From an uncultured Methanosarcinales archaeon (lineage in GTDB: Archaea; Nanobdellota; Nanobdellia; Woesearchaeales; ARS49): 64,000 nt of DNA. Position 1 is the first letter of the stretch; every line of letters begins with the position of its first letter. The translations under genes and the position numbers were made by a program. The notes under the pieces are model-generated. The model searched no databases and was not told the DNA's origin. It saw only the letters and a program-made list of their open reading frames with translations. Where the stretch lies: assembly GCA_964617195.1 (NCBI GenBank), contig CAZTVK010000019.1, forward strand, positions 225,019 through 289,018, read 5' to 3'. Of this stretch, positions 39,302 through 47,930 are shown piece after piece.

Positions 39302-39727
39302 ATGGTAACAATACAATTCGTACCCTACACGGAAATCGAAGGATTAACCGGACTCGGCAGGATCAGAAAACTCCTTAACATAGCAAAGATGAACAAAATA
39401 GTATTGCTCCAAGGACGCTTAAGAAAAGAAGAAGAAGCAGAACTAATCAAAACAACAATGGAAGAAATCGACAAAAAATTCAAAGGCATAGAACTCGCAG
39501 TAATCAACCCATCACAAACAGCGCAAGATGGTCTGCAAAAATTCAAATACGACCTTCTAGGATTATTCCTGGGAGAAAGCCAAGGCCTCACAATCATCGG
39601 ACCATCAAACATAGTCAAAAGCATCAAAAAAGATCCGAACAAAATAGAACTGCTCACATCGGAGGTATCGGCAAAAAGATTCGCCGGAACTTCCTCTTAT
39701 AAGTCGGAGGCGCGCAAGCGCAAATAA
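39302..39727 (+). CDS. DUF2073 family protein (OapB/ArvB)
   Basis: KIVLLQGRLRKEEEAELIKTTMEEID..FKGIE, GLTIIGPSN; second gene of the GTPase operon. Confidence 0.85.
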   Translation: MVTIQFVPYTEIEGLTGLGRIRKLLNIAKMNKIVLLQGRLRKEEEAELIKTTMEEIDKKFKGIELAVINPSQTAQDGLQKFKYDLLGLFLGESQGLTIIGPSNIVKSIKKDPNKIELLTSEVSAKRFAGTSSYKSEARKRK

Positions 39728-39729
39728 CA

Positions 39730-40110
39730 ATGCCGCACCAGTGCGTCAGATGCAGCATCTTCTATGAAGACGGCGCAAAAGAAATCCTCAAAGGATGCCC
39801 ATGCGGAGCAAGACTCTTCTTCTTCATAAGAAAAGAAAAACTCGAAGCGGCAAGGAAAGTCCTCCCAACAGAACTGCCACCAGAACAGAAAAAACAAATA
39901 GAACAGGACGTCCTGAACTTAGTAGGATACACAGAAGACACGCCAGTAGTATTAGACTTTGAAAGCGTCAGAGTAGTCGAGCCAGGCAAATACGAGCTAG
40001 ACCTAGTGCAATTATTCAAAGGAGCACCATTAATATTCAAGCTCGAAGAAGGAAAATACGTTATAGATATAGTGGAAAGCTTCGAACGGTTACGAAAACC
40101 TAAAAAGTGA
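39730..40110 (+). CDS. DUF2072 zinc-ribbon protein (OapC/ArvC)
   Basis: MPHQCVRC...ILKGCPCG, ESVRVVEPGKYELDL, EEGKYVIDI. Confidence 0.88.
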   Translation: MPHQCVRCSIFYEDGAKEILKGCPCGARLFFFIRKEKLEAARKVLPTELPPEQKKQIEQDVLNLVGYTEDTPVVLDFESVRVVEPGKYELDLVQLFKGAPLIFKLEEGKYVIDIVESFERLRKPKK

Positions 40111-40269
40111 GAAAAGTAAAAGTCGCGAAATAATCAGAATAGACGATTTTTACTATCCTCGACTTTTGCCCATTTATATATGAAATTTGACAAAAGTCAA
40201 GGAAAAGTAAGATTTATATATTAGAAGCAGTTAAGATTGACTATTACGTTTAAATGAGGTGACCGTCAA

Positions 40270-40758
40270 ATGGAAGAAGAACACCGAGGAATTGCACTCG
40301 TCATTCTTGGAATAATAGCAATCATCGCAGTTATCGGCCTTGTGCTCATGTTCTCAGGAGCAAAGAAAAGCACAGGAGCTATCTTTACAAGCGCTACAGA
40401 CGGCACGTACGTCTGCCCAATAGCCACAGAAGTGGGACAACCACAATGGTTCCCAGTCCTAGCAGGACCATACGAGAACCAGGCATTCCTAGAGAGATGG
40501 ATTGCAGCAGGTTACGAATGCCTCCCGGCAGCAGGCGCAACACAATTTGACGAGTACAGCTATTCAACCTGGTGTTGCAGAAACCCAGTCGTAGGCCAAG
40601 CAGGAATCAACCCGCAAGTCCTAGACAGAGGCGACACGTCACTTGACACCCGAAGAGGATTCGGAGTGCCAGTCGGCAGCAACCAATACGGCGGATCATA
40701 CCCTGTAGAATATCCATACGGATCAGGACAGGAAAACCCGCCACGACTCGGTCCATAA
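40270..40758 (+). CDS. Secreted/surface protein, possible pilin-like
   Basis: HRG|IALVILGIIAIIAVIGLVLMF followed by STGA; four Cys; strong SD GAGGTGA. Confidence 0.6.
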   Translation: MEEEHRGIALVILGIIAIIAVIGLVLMFSGAKKSTGAIFTSATDGTYVCPIATEVGQPQWFPVLAGPYENQAFLERWIAAGYECLPAAGATQFDEYSYSTWCCRNPVVGQAGINPQVLDRGDTSLDTRRGFGVPVGSNQYGGSYPVEYPYGSGQENPPRLGP

Positions 40759-41019
40759 ATGCGTTTTTATTTTTTAATTCTTATTTCTATTTTTTTTATA
40801 AGCACAATAGCTGTAATAACAGTAAACTCAATCACAGGCAACATTGCAGTAATAGCAGGCTGCCCGTCAAGATGCACCTACTTCCCATTTGAAACACAAG
40901 AAGACCTTGCACGCATTCAAAGCAGAATAGCAGAAAACTTCTTCATATACGACGTATACAACTCACCAGGCTATGGAACTGAAGGAGAATACGTAATATG
41001 CGCCTGTCCAAAAAACTAA
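40759..41019 (+). CDS. Small secreted Cys-containing protein
   Basis: N-terminal hydrophobic helix, SITGNIAV, CPSRC...CACP; starts immediately after the upstream stop. Confidence 0.6.
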   Translation: MRFYFLILISIFFISTIAVITVNSITGNIAVIAGCPSRCTYFPFETQEDLARIQSRIAENFFIYDVYNSPGYGTEGEYVICACPKN

Positions 41020-41940
41020 TTATTCCTCGTCAATAACAAGCCTGGCAACATTATTCGTCAAAGTCACCATAGTCCTGAACAATTCAGAAACGCCAGGGGG
41101 CAATTCTCCAGCTTCCTTCAGCAAATTCTCACGCTGCAAGGCAACACCATCAGCCACTTTCTTATCACGAGTAAAGTACGCCTTCATGACGTCCAAATAA
41201 CTCTTCTCAACCTTCTGAAGAACACCCTTAATCTTATCCTTCTTCTTCTCCTTAACCAAATAATCAGCCAACTGCTTAGCGCAATCAGCATAATTCTCCA
41301 GATTAATAGTCAAGTAATAGTAGCTCAGCACTTTATCGTTCGACAACTGGAAAAAGTCAGCAATCTGCTTATTCCGCAAAGAACTCTTCAACAAACGCAT
41401 CAACAAGAAGTAAGCACGATTAACCTCATAATCGCGAACAAAAACACTCTGCGCCAACTCAGCATTATCCAGAGAGCCAATACCGTCCTGAATCATGCTA
41501 CGCACAAGCATATCCATCCTGCGCAACGTCTTATCAATGCTGATTTCCTTCAAATTCAACAAGTCCTTAGCAACAATGCTGTTAGTAGTCTGGTCAGCAA
41601 CCTCCAACGCCACAAAATCGTGCAACATCTTCCGAATATCCTTAGTAAGCCTAGTCACACTCTGACCATTCAGAATAATAGTGTTGTAATTGTTGATATA
41701 CGCGCTAGTAATCTCGCGCTGAATAGTACTCAACTCCTTATCGTCAACAGGAATAGTAATCTCCTTCTGAGGCACCTGTTCATCCGCCTTACTTTCAGGA
41801 GTTATAGTGAGCTCCTTATCACCTTTCTCGTACAAATACACCAAATCGCCTTTCTTCAATTTATGACGATCAAGCCATTCTTTAGGAAGAGAAATCGTAT
41901 GCGAAGCCTGTCCTGCCTTAACCAGTCTACGAATAATCAT
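41020..41940 (-). CDS. AbrB-PhoU archaeal phosphate-uptake regulator family protein
   Basis: RRLVKAGQASHTISLPKEW (AbrB), REITSAYINNY, LRRM, PhoU helices DYEVNR and LENYAD. Confidence 0.85.
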   Translation of the reverse strand: MIIRRLVKAGQASHTISLPKEWLDRHKLKKGDLVYLYEKGDKELTITPESKADEQVPQKEITIPVDDKELSTIQREITSAYINNYNTIILNGQSVTRLTKDIRKMLHDFVALEVADQTTNSIVAKDLLNLKEISIDKTLRRMDMLVRSMIQDGIGSLDNAELAQSVFVRDYEVNRAYFLLMRLLKSSLRNKQIADFFQLSNDKVLSYYYLTINLENYADCAKQLADYLVKEKKKDKIKGVLQKVEKSYLDVMKAYFTRDKKVADGVALQRENLLKEAGELPPGVSELFRTMVTLTNNVARLVIDEE

Positions 41941-41967
41941 GTGTTCACCTTTTTAGTCGTACTATCG

Positions 41968-41987
41968 TACTTATGATACCATAAGTA
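41968..41987. promoter_or_regulatory. Palindromic operator-like site abutting the TATA box of the AbrB-PhoU gene
   Basis: TACTTATG-ATAC-CATAAGTA perfect 8-bp inverted repeat, directly next to the minus-strand TTTATATA. Confidence 0.55.
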
Positions 41988-42014
41988 TATATAAATCTTT
42001 TGCCATGATAAATT

Positions 42015-42258
42015 TGATACTGGCGTATCAGAAACCGCGAGGTTTCTGAGTACTCTCGGAATTCTGGCGAATTCCGAAGTATCACAACAACACGCAACGA
42101 AAGTTGCAGCATCACTCACAGGGCAGGTCTCAAAGGCCTGCCACTTCAAACTCATGCCAAGGAAACTCGCAGAATTTCCTGGTCATCAAAAATCGTGATT
42201 TTCAATGCAAACCCCCCAAAACAAATTGGCGCACCCCCACCTTTTTCTAGCGCCAATT
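42015..42258 (+). other. Intergenic array of consecutive stem-loops (structured ncRNA or REP/BIME-like element)
   Basis: At least seven inverted repeats in ~245 nt, two closed by GNRA loops (GCGA, GAAA); see findings. Confidence 0.6.
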
Positions 42259-42272
42259 AAAACCGAGCTAGA

Positions 42273-43361
42273 ATGAACACTATCACAAACCCACAAACGC
42301 TTGAACGAGTCGACAATTTTCTTAGAAACATCACCAAACAAGACAAAATATGCATAATACACGACACAGACCCAGACGGAGTATGCTCAGCAGTAATAAT
42401 GGCGAAATGCATAGAACGCCTGCACGGAAAGAAAATAGACGTGAGAATTCCACTCGACAAAAAACAATACGGAATAACAGATAAAATGATGAAAAAAATT
42501 AAATCAAAAAAAATAACCAAGCTCATAACAACAGACTTCAGCGCAGAACACAACATACCAGTCCTGAAAGAAATAGAAAAACAAGCAGAAATACTCGTCG
42601 TCGACCACCACAAACTCTATGCAGACTACAAAAGCGACAAAACAATACTCTACAAACCACAATATTTCACAAACATAGAACCAAGCACCTATTGCACGGC
42701 CAAACTCGCATACGACGCAGCAAACAGAATGGTCGACGCAAAAGACTTGGACTGGGTAGCAGCAACAGCATGCATCGCAGACATCGCCACAGCACCCTGG
42801 AAAAAATGGCTATCAAACGTTTTCAAAAAATACAAAGTAAAAATGAAAAAAGAACTCTTCCAAACAGAAATCGGACAAGTAGCAGCCACAATCAGCAGCA
42901 CAGAAGTCTATGATGTCAAGCTCGTCCCACAATGCTATGACGTCTTCTATAAAGCAAAAAAGCCAAAAGACATCCTCACATCAAAACTAGGCAAGTACAA
43001 AAAAATAATCGACAAAGAACTGAACAAAAACCTTGTCCTATTCGAGAAAAAAGCAGAAAAACACAAAGAACTGCGCATCTATGAACTAGTTTCACCCTAC
43101 AGAGTCCACTCACCACTCAGCACAATCCTAGGACTCAAACACCCACACAAAACAGTCATAATCATTAACAAGACAGGAAACCCAATATCAGTCAGCGCCA
43201 GAAGACACGACAGAAAAATAGCAGTCAACAACCTGCTCGAAAAAGCGATCAAAGGTTTCGCAGGAGCAAACGCCGGCGGGCATGCACCAGCAGCAGGAGC
43301 AGGCTTCCACAAAAAATACTTATCAACATTCAGAAAGAGGCTCATACAATGGAACCAATGA
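42273..43361 (+). CDS. DHH/DHHA1 phosphoesterase (RecJ/NrnA-like)
   Basis: HDTDPDGVCS, ITTD, VVDHH, SVSAR, AGGHAPAAGA. Confidence 0.88.
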   Translation: MNTITNPQTLERVDNFLRNITKQDKICIIHDTDPDGVCSAVIMAKCIERLHGKKIDVRIPLDKKQYGITDKMMKKIKSKKITKLITTDFSAEHNIPVLKEIEKQAEILVVDHHKLYADYKSDKTILYKPQYFTNIEPSTYCTAKLAYDAANRMVDAKDLDWVAATACIADIATAPWKKWLSNVFKKYKVKMKKELFQTEIGQVAATISSTEVYDVKLVPQCYDVFYKAKKPKDILTSKLGKYKKIIDKELNKNLVLFEKKAEKHKELRIYELVSPYRVHSPLSTILGLKHPHKTVIIINKTGNPISVSARRHDRKIAVNNLLEKAIKGFAGANAGGHAPAAGAGFHKKYLSTFRKRLIQWNQ

Positions 43362-43453
43362 AAGTCGGAATGGCAGTAGCAAGCATAATTGTCGTAATGG
43401 CAATATTCGCAAGCATGCTTATCTTGAGCGGCAGATTTGTTTTTATCACGTGA
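43358..43453 (+). CDS. Putative 31-aa single-pass membrane peptide
   Basis: MKVGMAVASIIVVMAIFASMLILSGRFVFIT. ATGA overlap with the DHH stop; ends 4 nt before the next ATG. Confidence 0.5.
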   Translation: MKVGMAVASIIVVMAIFASMLILSGRFVFIT

Positions 43454-43457
43454 ACTC

Positions 43458-44543
43458 ATGAAAGTTCTAATATATTCTGGCAGCAACTGGAACGGACTGT
43501 GGTCGCACAGCCATGAACTTGCAAAATATTTTGCAAAACACACCAAAGTAATCTTCCTCAGCGTGCCATCCTGCCAAGACCCAGCACATCCAAACATAAG
43601 CAAGAAAACAGAATATCCAATACCGAAGAACACAACAGTCGTATTCTCAGACAAAGTATTCCAAAAATACACGCTACTGTATCTCATCTACACACAGTTC
43701 TACACTATAACAAAGTTTTTCTCCCTGCCAAAAGCAGAGCACTTCTTCCTCTACAACACATACGACATCCCATTCTTCATACTGGCAAAGATTTTCGGCA
43801 AGAAAGTACACTTTATGTACATAGACGATTACCCGGCACTCGCAAAGCACCCACTCCTCAAAGCAATCGCCACAATCGGAACTTGGCTATTCCTCAAATT
43901 CAGCAAAGACGTATTCTGCACGGCCAAAGTTCTCGAGCAAAAAGCAAGACTACACAATGACGAAGTCTACTACGTACCAAACTCGGTAAATCTGGAAGAT
44001 GCAAAGGATATTCGCCCCAAAACAAGAAAAGAATTCATCATAGGATTCGTAGGCACAATAGGGCACTGGGTGAGAACAGACCAAATACTCGACATAGCAC
44101 GCGCATTCAAAGACGCAAAAATATGGATAGTGGGATCAGGAGAAGGGCTTGCAACACTGCAAAAACACAAAAAACAAGAAAACCTAAAAAACCTAGAACT
44201 CTTCGGATTCGTATCCCATCAAAAAATGTACGAGCACATGTCCCAATTTAACATAGCCATAATCCCGTTCTACATAAACGAGATAACAAACGCAGTATCA
44301 CCAATCAAACTATTCGAATACTGGCTTGCAAAAAAGCCAGTCGTGTGCACGAAAACAACAGAACTCGCACAATTCAAAGGCGAAGTGTTATATGCAAACA
44401 AGAGCGAAGAATTTATTAAACAACTCAGGATGCTTAAAAACAATTCCAAACAAAGAAAGAAGCTGGCAGAAAAAGGATACAGTCTGGTAATGGAAAAGTA
44501 CAACTGGAACAAAATGATAGAGGTTTACCAAAAAGCACTATGA
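43458..44543 (+). CDS. GT-B (GT4-like) glycosyltransferase
   Basis: YVPNSV, IGFVGTI, SPIKLFEYWLAKKPVV, YNW. Confidence 0.85.
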   Translation: MKVLIYSGSNWNGLWSHSHELAKYFAKHTKVIFLSVPSCQDPAHPNISKKTEYPIPKNTTVVFSDKVFQKYTLLYLIYTQFYTITKFFSLPKAEHFFLYNTYDIPFFILAKIFGKKVHFMYIDDYPALAKHPLLKAIATIGTWLFLKFSKDVFCTAKVLEQKARLHNDEVYYVPNSVNLEDAKDIRPKTRKEFIIGFVGTIGHWVRTDQILDIARAFKDAKIWIVGSGEGLATLQKHKKQENLKNLELFGFVSHQKMYEHMSQFNIAIIPFYINEITNAVSPIKLFEYWLAKKPVVCTKTTELAQFKGEVLYANKSEEFIKQLRMLKNNSKQRKKLAEKGYSLVMEKYNWNKMIEVYQKAL

Positions 44544-45700
44544 AACTCTGCATTGTTGTCGGAACACGGCCAGAAATTATCAAAATGGCGCCCGTTATTC
44601 GCGAGTGCCAACGCAAAAAAATAGATTTCTTCATACTCCACAGCGGACAGCACTATGACTACAAAATGGACAAGCTGTTCTTCGAAGAACTCGAGCTACC
44701 ACAACCAAAATACAACCTAAGAGTAGGCTCACAACCATTCAGAAAACACGTTGGCATGATGATGAAAGGCATGATGAAAGTCTACCTAAAAGAGCAGCCA
44801 GATGCAGTAATCGTTCAAGGAGATACGATAACAATCCTAATGGGCGCCATGGCAGCAAAAAGATGGGACATACCGGTCGCACACCACGAAGCCGGACTCA
44901 GAAGCTACGACCTTTCCATGCCTGAAGAAATAAACAGAACACTAACCGACCACCTTTCCGAATTCCTCTTCGCACCAACCCAAGACGCCATCAAAAACAT
45001 CAAAGAAGAAGGGCTAAACGCAAAATACCACTCAAAAACAGGAAATACCATCGTTGATGCGGTCTTACAAAACATCAAACTGGCAGACAAAAAAGTAAAC
45101 ATACTCAAAACTTTTCACTTGCAATCCAAAAAATACTTTTTAGTAACCGCGCACAGGCAAGAAAACGTCGACAGACCACAGCGATTACAAGGAATTCTTA
45201 CAGGACTCGGAAAAATAAAACAAGCCTATCCTGCTTATAAAATAATTTATCCAATGCATCCCAGAACAAAGAAAAAAATTGCAGAGTTCAAACTTGTAAT
45301 TCCGAAAGGAATACAGGTCACAGAGCCAGTCGGCTTCCTCGAATTCCTCCAACTAGAAAAAAACGCAGCGCTCTGCATAACAGACTCAGGAGGCGTCCAA
45401 GAAGAATCGAGCATCCTTCATACCCCCTGCGTAACAATACGGGATAACACCGAACGGCCAGAAACCATCAAAGCAGGCATGAACGTGCTGGCAGGAACAG
45501 ACCCAGACAAAATACTTTCCTGTGCCAAAACCATGCTGAACAAAAAAATAAAGTGGAAAATGGTATTCGGTGACGGTCATGCAGCAGAAAGAATAGTTGA
45601 AGAACTCGTACTACAAATAAAGAAAAGAAAAAGCCTCACAGAAAGAATGAAGTGGATAATGCGGCTTCTCAAGAAAAATATAAAATCATTCCTTGGGTGA
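44540..45700 (+). CDS. wecB: UDP-N-acetylglucosamine 2-epimerase (non-hydrolysing; WecB/WbpI family)
   Basis: VGTRPEIIK, HSGQHYD, VQGDT, HHEAGLRS, PEEINR, TAHRQEN, TDSGGVQEE, TERPE. Confidence 0.92.
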   Translation: MKLCIVVGTRPEIIKMAPVIRECQRKKIDFFILHSGQHYDYKMDKLFFEELELPQPKYNLRVGSQPFRKHVGMMMKGMMKVYLKEQPDAVIVQGDTITILMGAMAAKRWDIPVAHHEAGLRSYDLSMPEEINRTLTDHLSEFLFAPTQDAIKNIKEEGLNAKYHSKTGNTIVDAVLQNIKLADKKVNILKTFHLQSKKYFLVTAHRQENVDRPQRLQGILTGLGKIKQAYPAYKIIYPMHPRTKKKIAEFKLVIPKGIQVTEPVGFLEFLQLEKNAALCITDSGGVQEESSILHTPCVTIRDNTERPETIKAGMNVLAGTDPDKILSCAKTMLNKKIKWKMVFGDGHAAERIVEELVLQIKKRKSLTERMKWIMRLLKKNIKSFLG

Positions 45701-45703
45701 ATT

Positions 45704-46711
45704 ATGAATCTAAAATATAACAAGGAACTAGCACTCAACTGGCTCAGGCGCTCACAACGCATGACAGGCAAAGGATTCAGCGCGTGGTACATACCAATAC
45801 TGGGCTGGGCGCAATCATACCCTGAAACCACAGGATACATCATACCAACAATGCTGCGTACAAGCAGCAAGGAAGACAAAAAAATAGCCCAACAAGCAGG
45901 AGACTGGCTTCTCACAATGCAAATGGAAAACGGAGCCATGCCTTGCATAGGAACAACAATCCCACTCGTATTCGACACAGGACAAGTAATATTCGGAATG
46001 ACGGCACTATACAAGGAAACACACAACAAAAAATATCTTGAATCAGCAAAAAAAGCCGGAGACTGGATAATAAAACAACAAGACTCAAAAGGATACTGGA
46101 TCAAGCACGCGTACCAAAACATGCCCCACACGTACTACTCGCGCGTCTCATGGGCGCTGCTCGAGCTTTGGAAAGTCACTAAGGATAAAGCATACAAACG
46201 ATCAGCAGAAAAACAACTCACATGGGTACTCAAACAACAACAGCCAAACGGATTCTTCCACTATAGCGGATTCTTCAGAAAAGATTTGGCAGTACTACAC
46301 ACAATAGCGTACACACTAGAAGGCCTAATAGAATCAGGAAAAATACTCAAAGACAAAAAACTACTTGATGCTGCCAGAAAAACCTGCAACGTACTTGTAA
46401 AACTTTCACCAGACGGAATACCCTACGGTCACTATGACGACCAGTGGCGGCCCAAGCTTACAGGCAGATGCATAACCGGAATTGCCCAAACAGCCCTGTG
46501 CCTGATTAGACTAGACACACGATACAAGCCAGCCGCAGAAAAAATGCTTAAGTACCTATGCGACGTACAAAACAAATCAAATAATCCGAACGTACGAGGA
46601 GCCCTTCCTGGTAGCGTGCCATTTTGGGGTTGGTATATGCCGTTCAGATACATCAATTGGGCAGCAAAATTCTTCATAGACGCCATAGATGCTTATCAAG
46701 CTAAGATTTAA
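45704..46711 (+). CDS. (alpha/alpha)-barrel protein of the prenyltransferase/squalene-cyclase-repeat type, function unknown
   Basis: SYPETTGYIIPT, QW-like repeats (DWLLTMQMENG, DWIIKQQDSKG, WVLKQQQPNG), FDTGQV, HTIAYTLEGL, WAAKFFIDA. Confidence 0.65.
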   Translation: MNLKYNKELALNWLRRSQRMTGKGFSAWYIPILGWAQSYPETTGYIIPTMLRTSSKEDKKIAQQAGDWLLTMQMENGAMPCIGTTIPLVFDTGQVIFGMTALYKETHNKKYLESAKKAGDWIIKQQDSKGYWIKHAYQNMPHTYYSRVSWALLELWKVTKDKAYKRSAEKQLTWVLKQQQPNGFFHYSGFFRKDLAVLHTIAYTLEGLIESGKILKDKKLLDAARKTCNVLVKLSPDGIPYGHYDDQWRPKLTGRCITGIAQTALCLIRLDTRYKPAAEKMLKYLCDVQNKSNNPNVRGALPGSVPFWGWYMPFRYINWAAKFFIDAIDAYQAKI

Positions 46712-46736
46712 ATAACAAACGCTCCCAGTAAGAAGC

Positions 46737-47930
46737 ATGAAAGTCTGTGTTATTGGCCTAGGGTACATAGGACTGCCCACAGCCCTTCTACTTGCAAAAG
46801 GCGGTCACGAAGTAGAAGGCTACGATCTGATAAAAGAAAAAATCGCAATTCTAAACAAAGGAGAACTGCCCTTCCAAGAAAAAGGACTTCCAGAACTCTT
46901 CGCAGAAGCGAAAAAGAAATTCAAAGCAACAAGCACACTTGCAAAAAATTATGACGCTTTCATAATCTGCGTCCCAACGCCGCACACCAAACAAAACACC
47001 TGCGACCTTGAATATGTCGAGTCAGCAATACGCTCTATAATTCCGGCGCTCAAGAAAAATGCAATAGTAATACTTGAGTCAACAGTCGCACCAGGAACAA
47101 CCACAAACGTCGTAAAACCAATACTTGAGCAAACAGGTCTGAAGGCAGGAAAAGACTTCCAATTGGCGTGCGTCTGCGAAAAAGCAATACCAGGAAACAC
47201 TATAAATGAAATGATAAATAACGCTAGGATCATAGGCGGTTATGACGAAGCAAGCAAACAAAAAGCACAAGAAGTCTACAAAGCTTTTGTCAAAGGAGAA
47301 ATAATCCTGACGGACTGCACAACATCAGAAACAGTAAAACTCGTGGAAAACACATATAGAGACATCAACATCGCGTTTGCAAACGACCTGGCAAAAATAT
47401 GCGCCAAACTAGGCATAAACGTCTGGGACGTCATAAAATATGCAAATATGCACTCACGAGTTAACGTACACCAGCCAGGACCAGGAGTAGGAGGACACTG
47501 CATAGCAATAGACCCATGGTTTTTGGTAGAAAAACACCCAAGCGAGCTGGTCAAAGCAGCTCGAACAATCAATAACTCAATGCCAAAACACGTGTTCTCA
47601 TACATACAAAAAATGGCAAAAGGAAAACCAACAATAGGCATACTCGGAGTTGCGTACAAGAAAAACGTTGACGATTCACGAGAAACACCAGCACTAGAAC
47701 TAATACGGTTGATAAAAGAAAAAGGCTGGAATATAACTATAAACGACCCATTGGTTAAACGCTTTGAACACCCGCTGGATGATCTAGGCAAAGTGCTCAA
47801 AGCAGATATTGTAGTAATAGTCACAGACCACGACGAATACAAAAAAATAGACTTTTCAAAAGTCAAAACAGTGGTAGACACAAGAAACATGGGAATCAAA
47901 AACAGCCACCTGCTAGGAAGGGACTTCTAA
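46737..47930 (+). CDS. Nucleotide-sugar 6-dehydrogenase (WecC/WbpA family)
   Basis: GLGYIGLP, ICVPTP, ILESTVAPGTT, KLVENTYRDINIA, GPGVGGHCI, GVAYK..VDDSRE. Confidence 0.92.
   Translation: MKVCVIGLGYIGLPTALLLAKGGHEVEGYDLIKEKIAILNKGELPFQEKGLPELFAEAKKKFKATSTLAKNYDAFIICVPTPHTKQNTCDLEYVESAIRSIIPALKKNAIVILESTVAPGTTTNVVKPILEQTGLKAGKDFQLACVCEKAIPGNTINEMINNARIIGGYDEASKQKAQEVYKAFVKGEIILTDCTTSETVKLVENTYRDINIAFANDLAKICAKLGINVWDVIKYANMHSRVNVHQPGPGVGGHCIAIDPWFLVEKHPSELVKAARTINNSMPKHVFSYIQKMAKGKPTIGILGVAYKKNVDDSRETPALELIRLIKEKGWNITINDPLVKRFEHPLDDLGKVLKADIVVIVTDHDEYKKIDFSKVKTVVDTRNMGIKNSHLLGRDF

Noticed and set aside
41937..42155. 72-aa minus-strand ORF across the hairpin array
   Set aside because: No protein-like features, and it runs over the regulator's promoter; the inverted repeats explain the sequence better.
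42015..42258. Hairpin array as CRISPR array, tRNA or attC cassette sites
   Set aside because: The hairpins differ in sequence, with no repeat-spacer period, no T-loop or anticodon arm, and no cas or integrase gene nearby.
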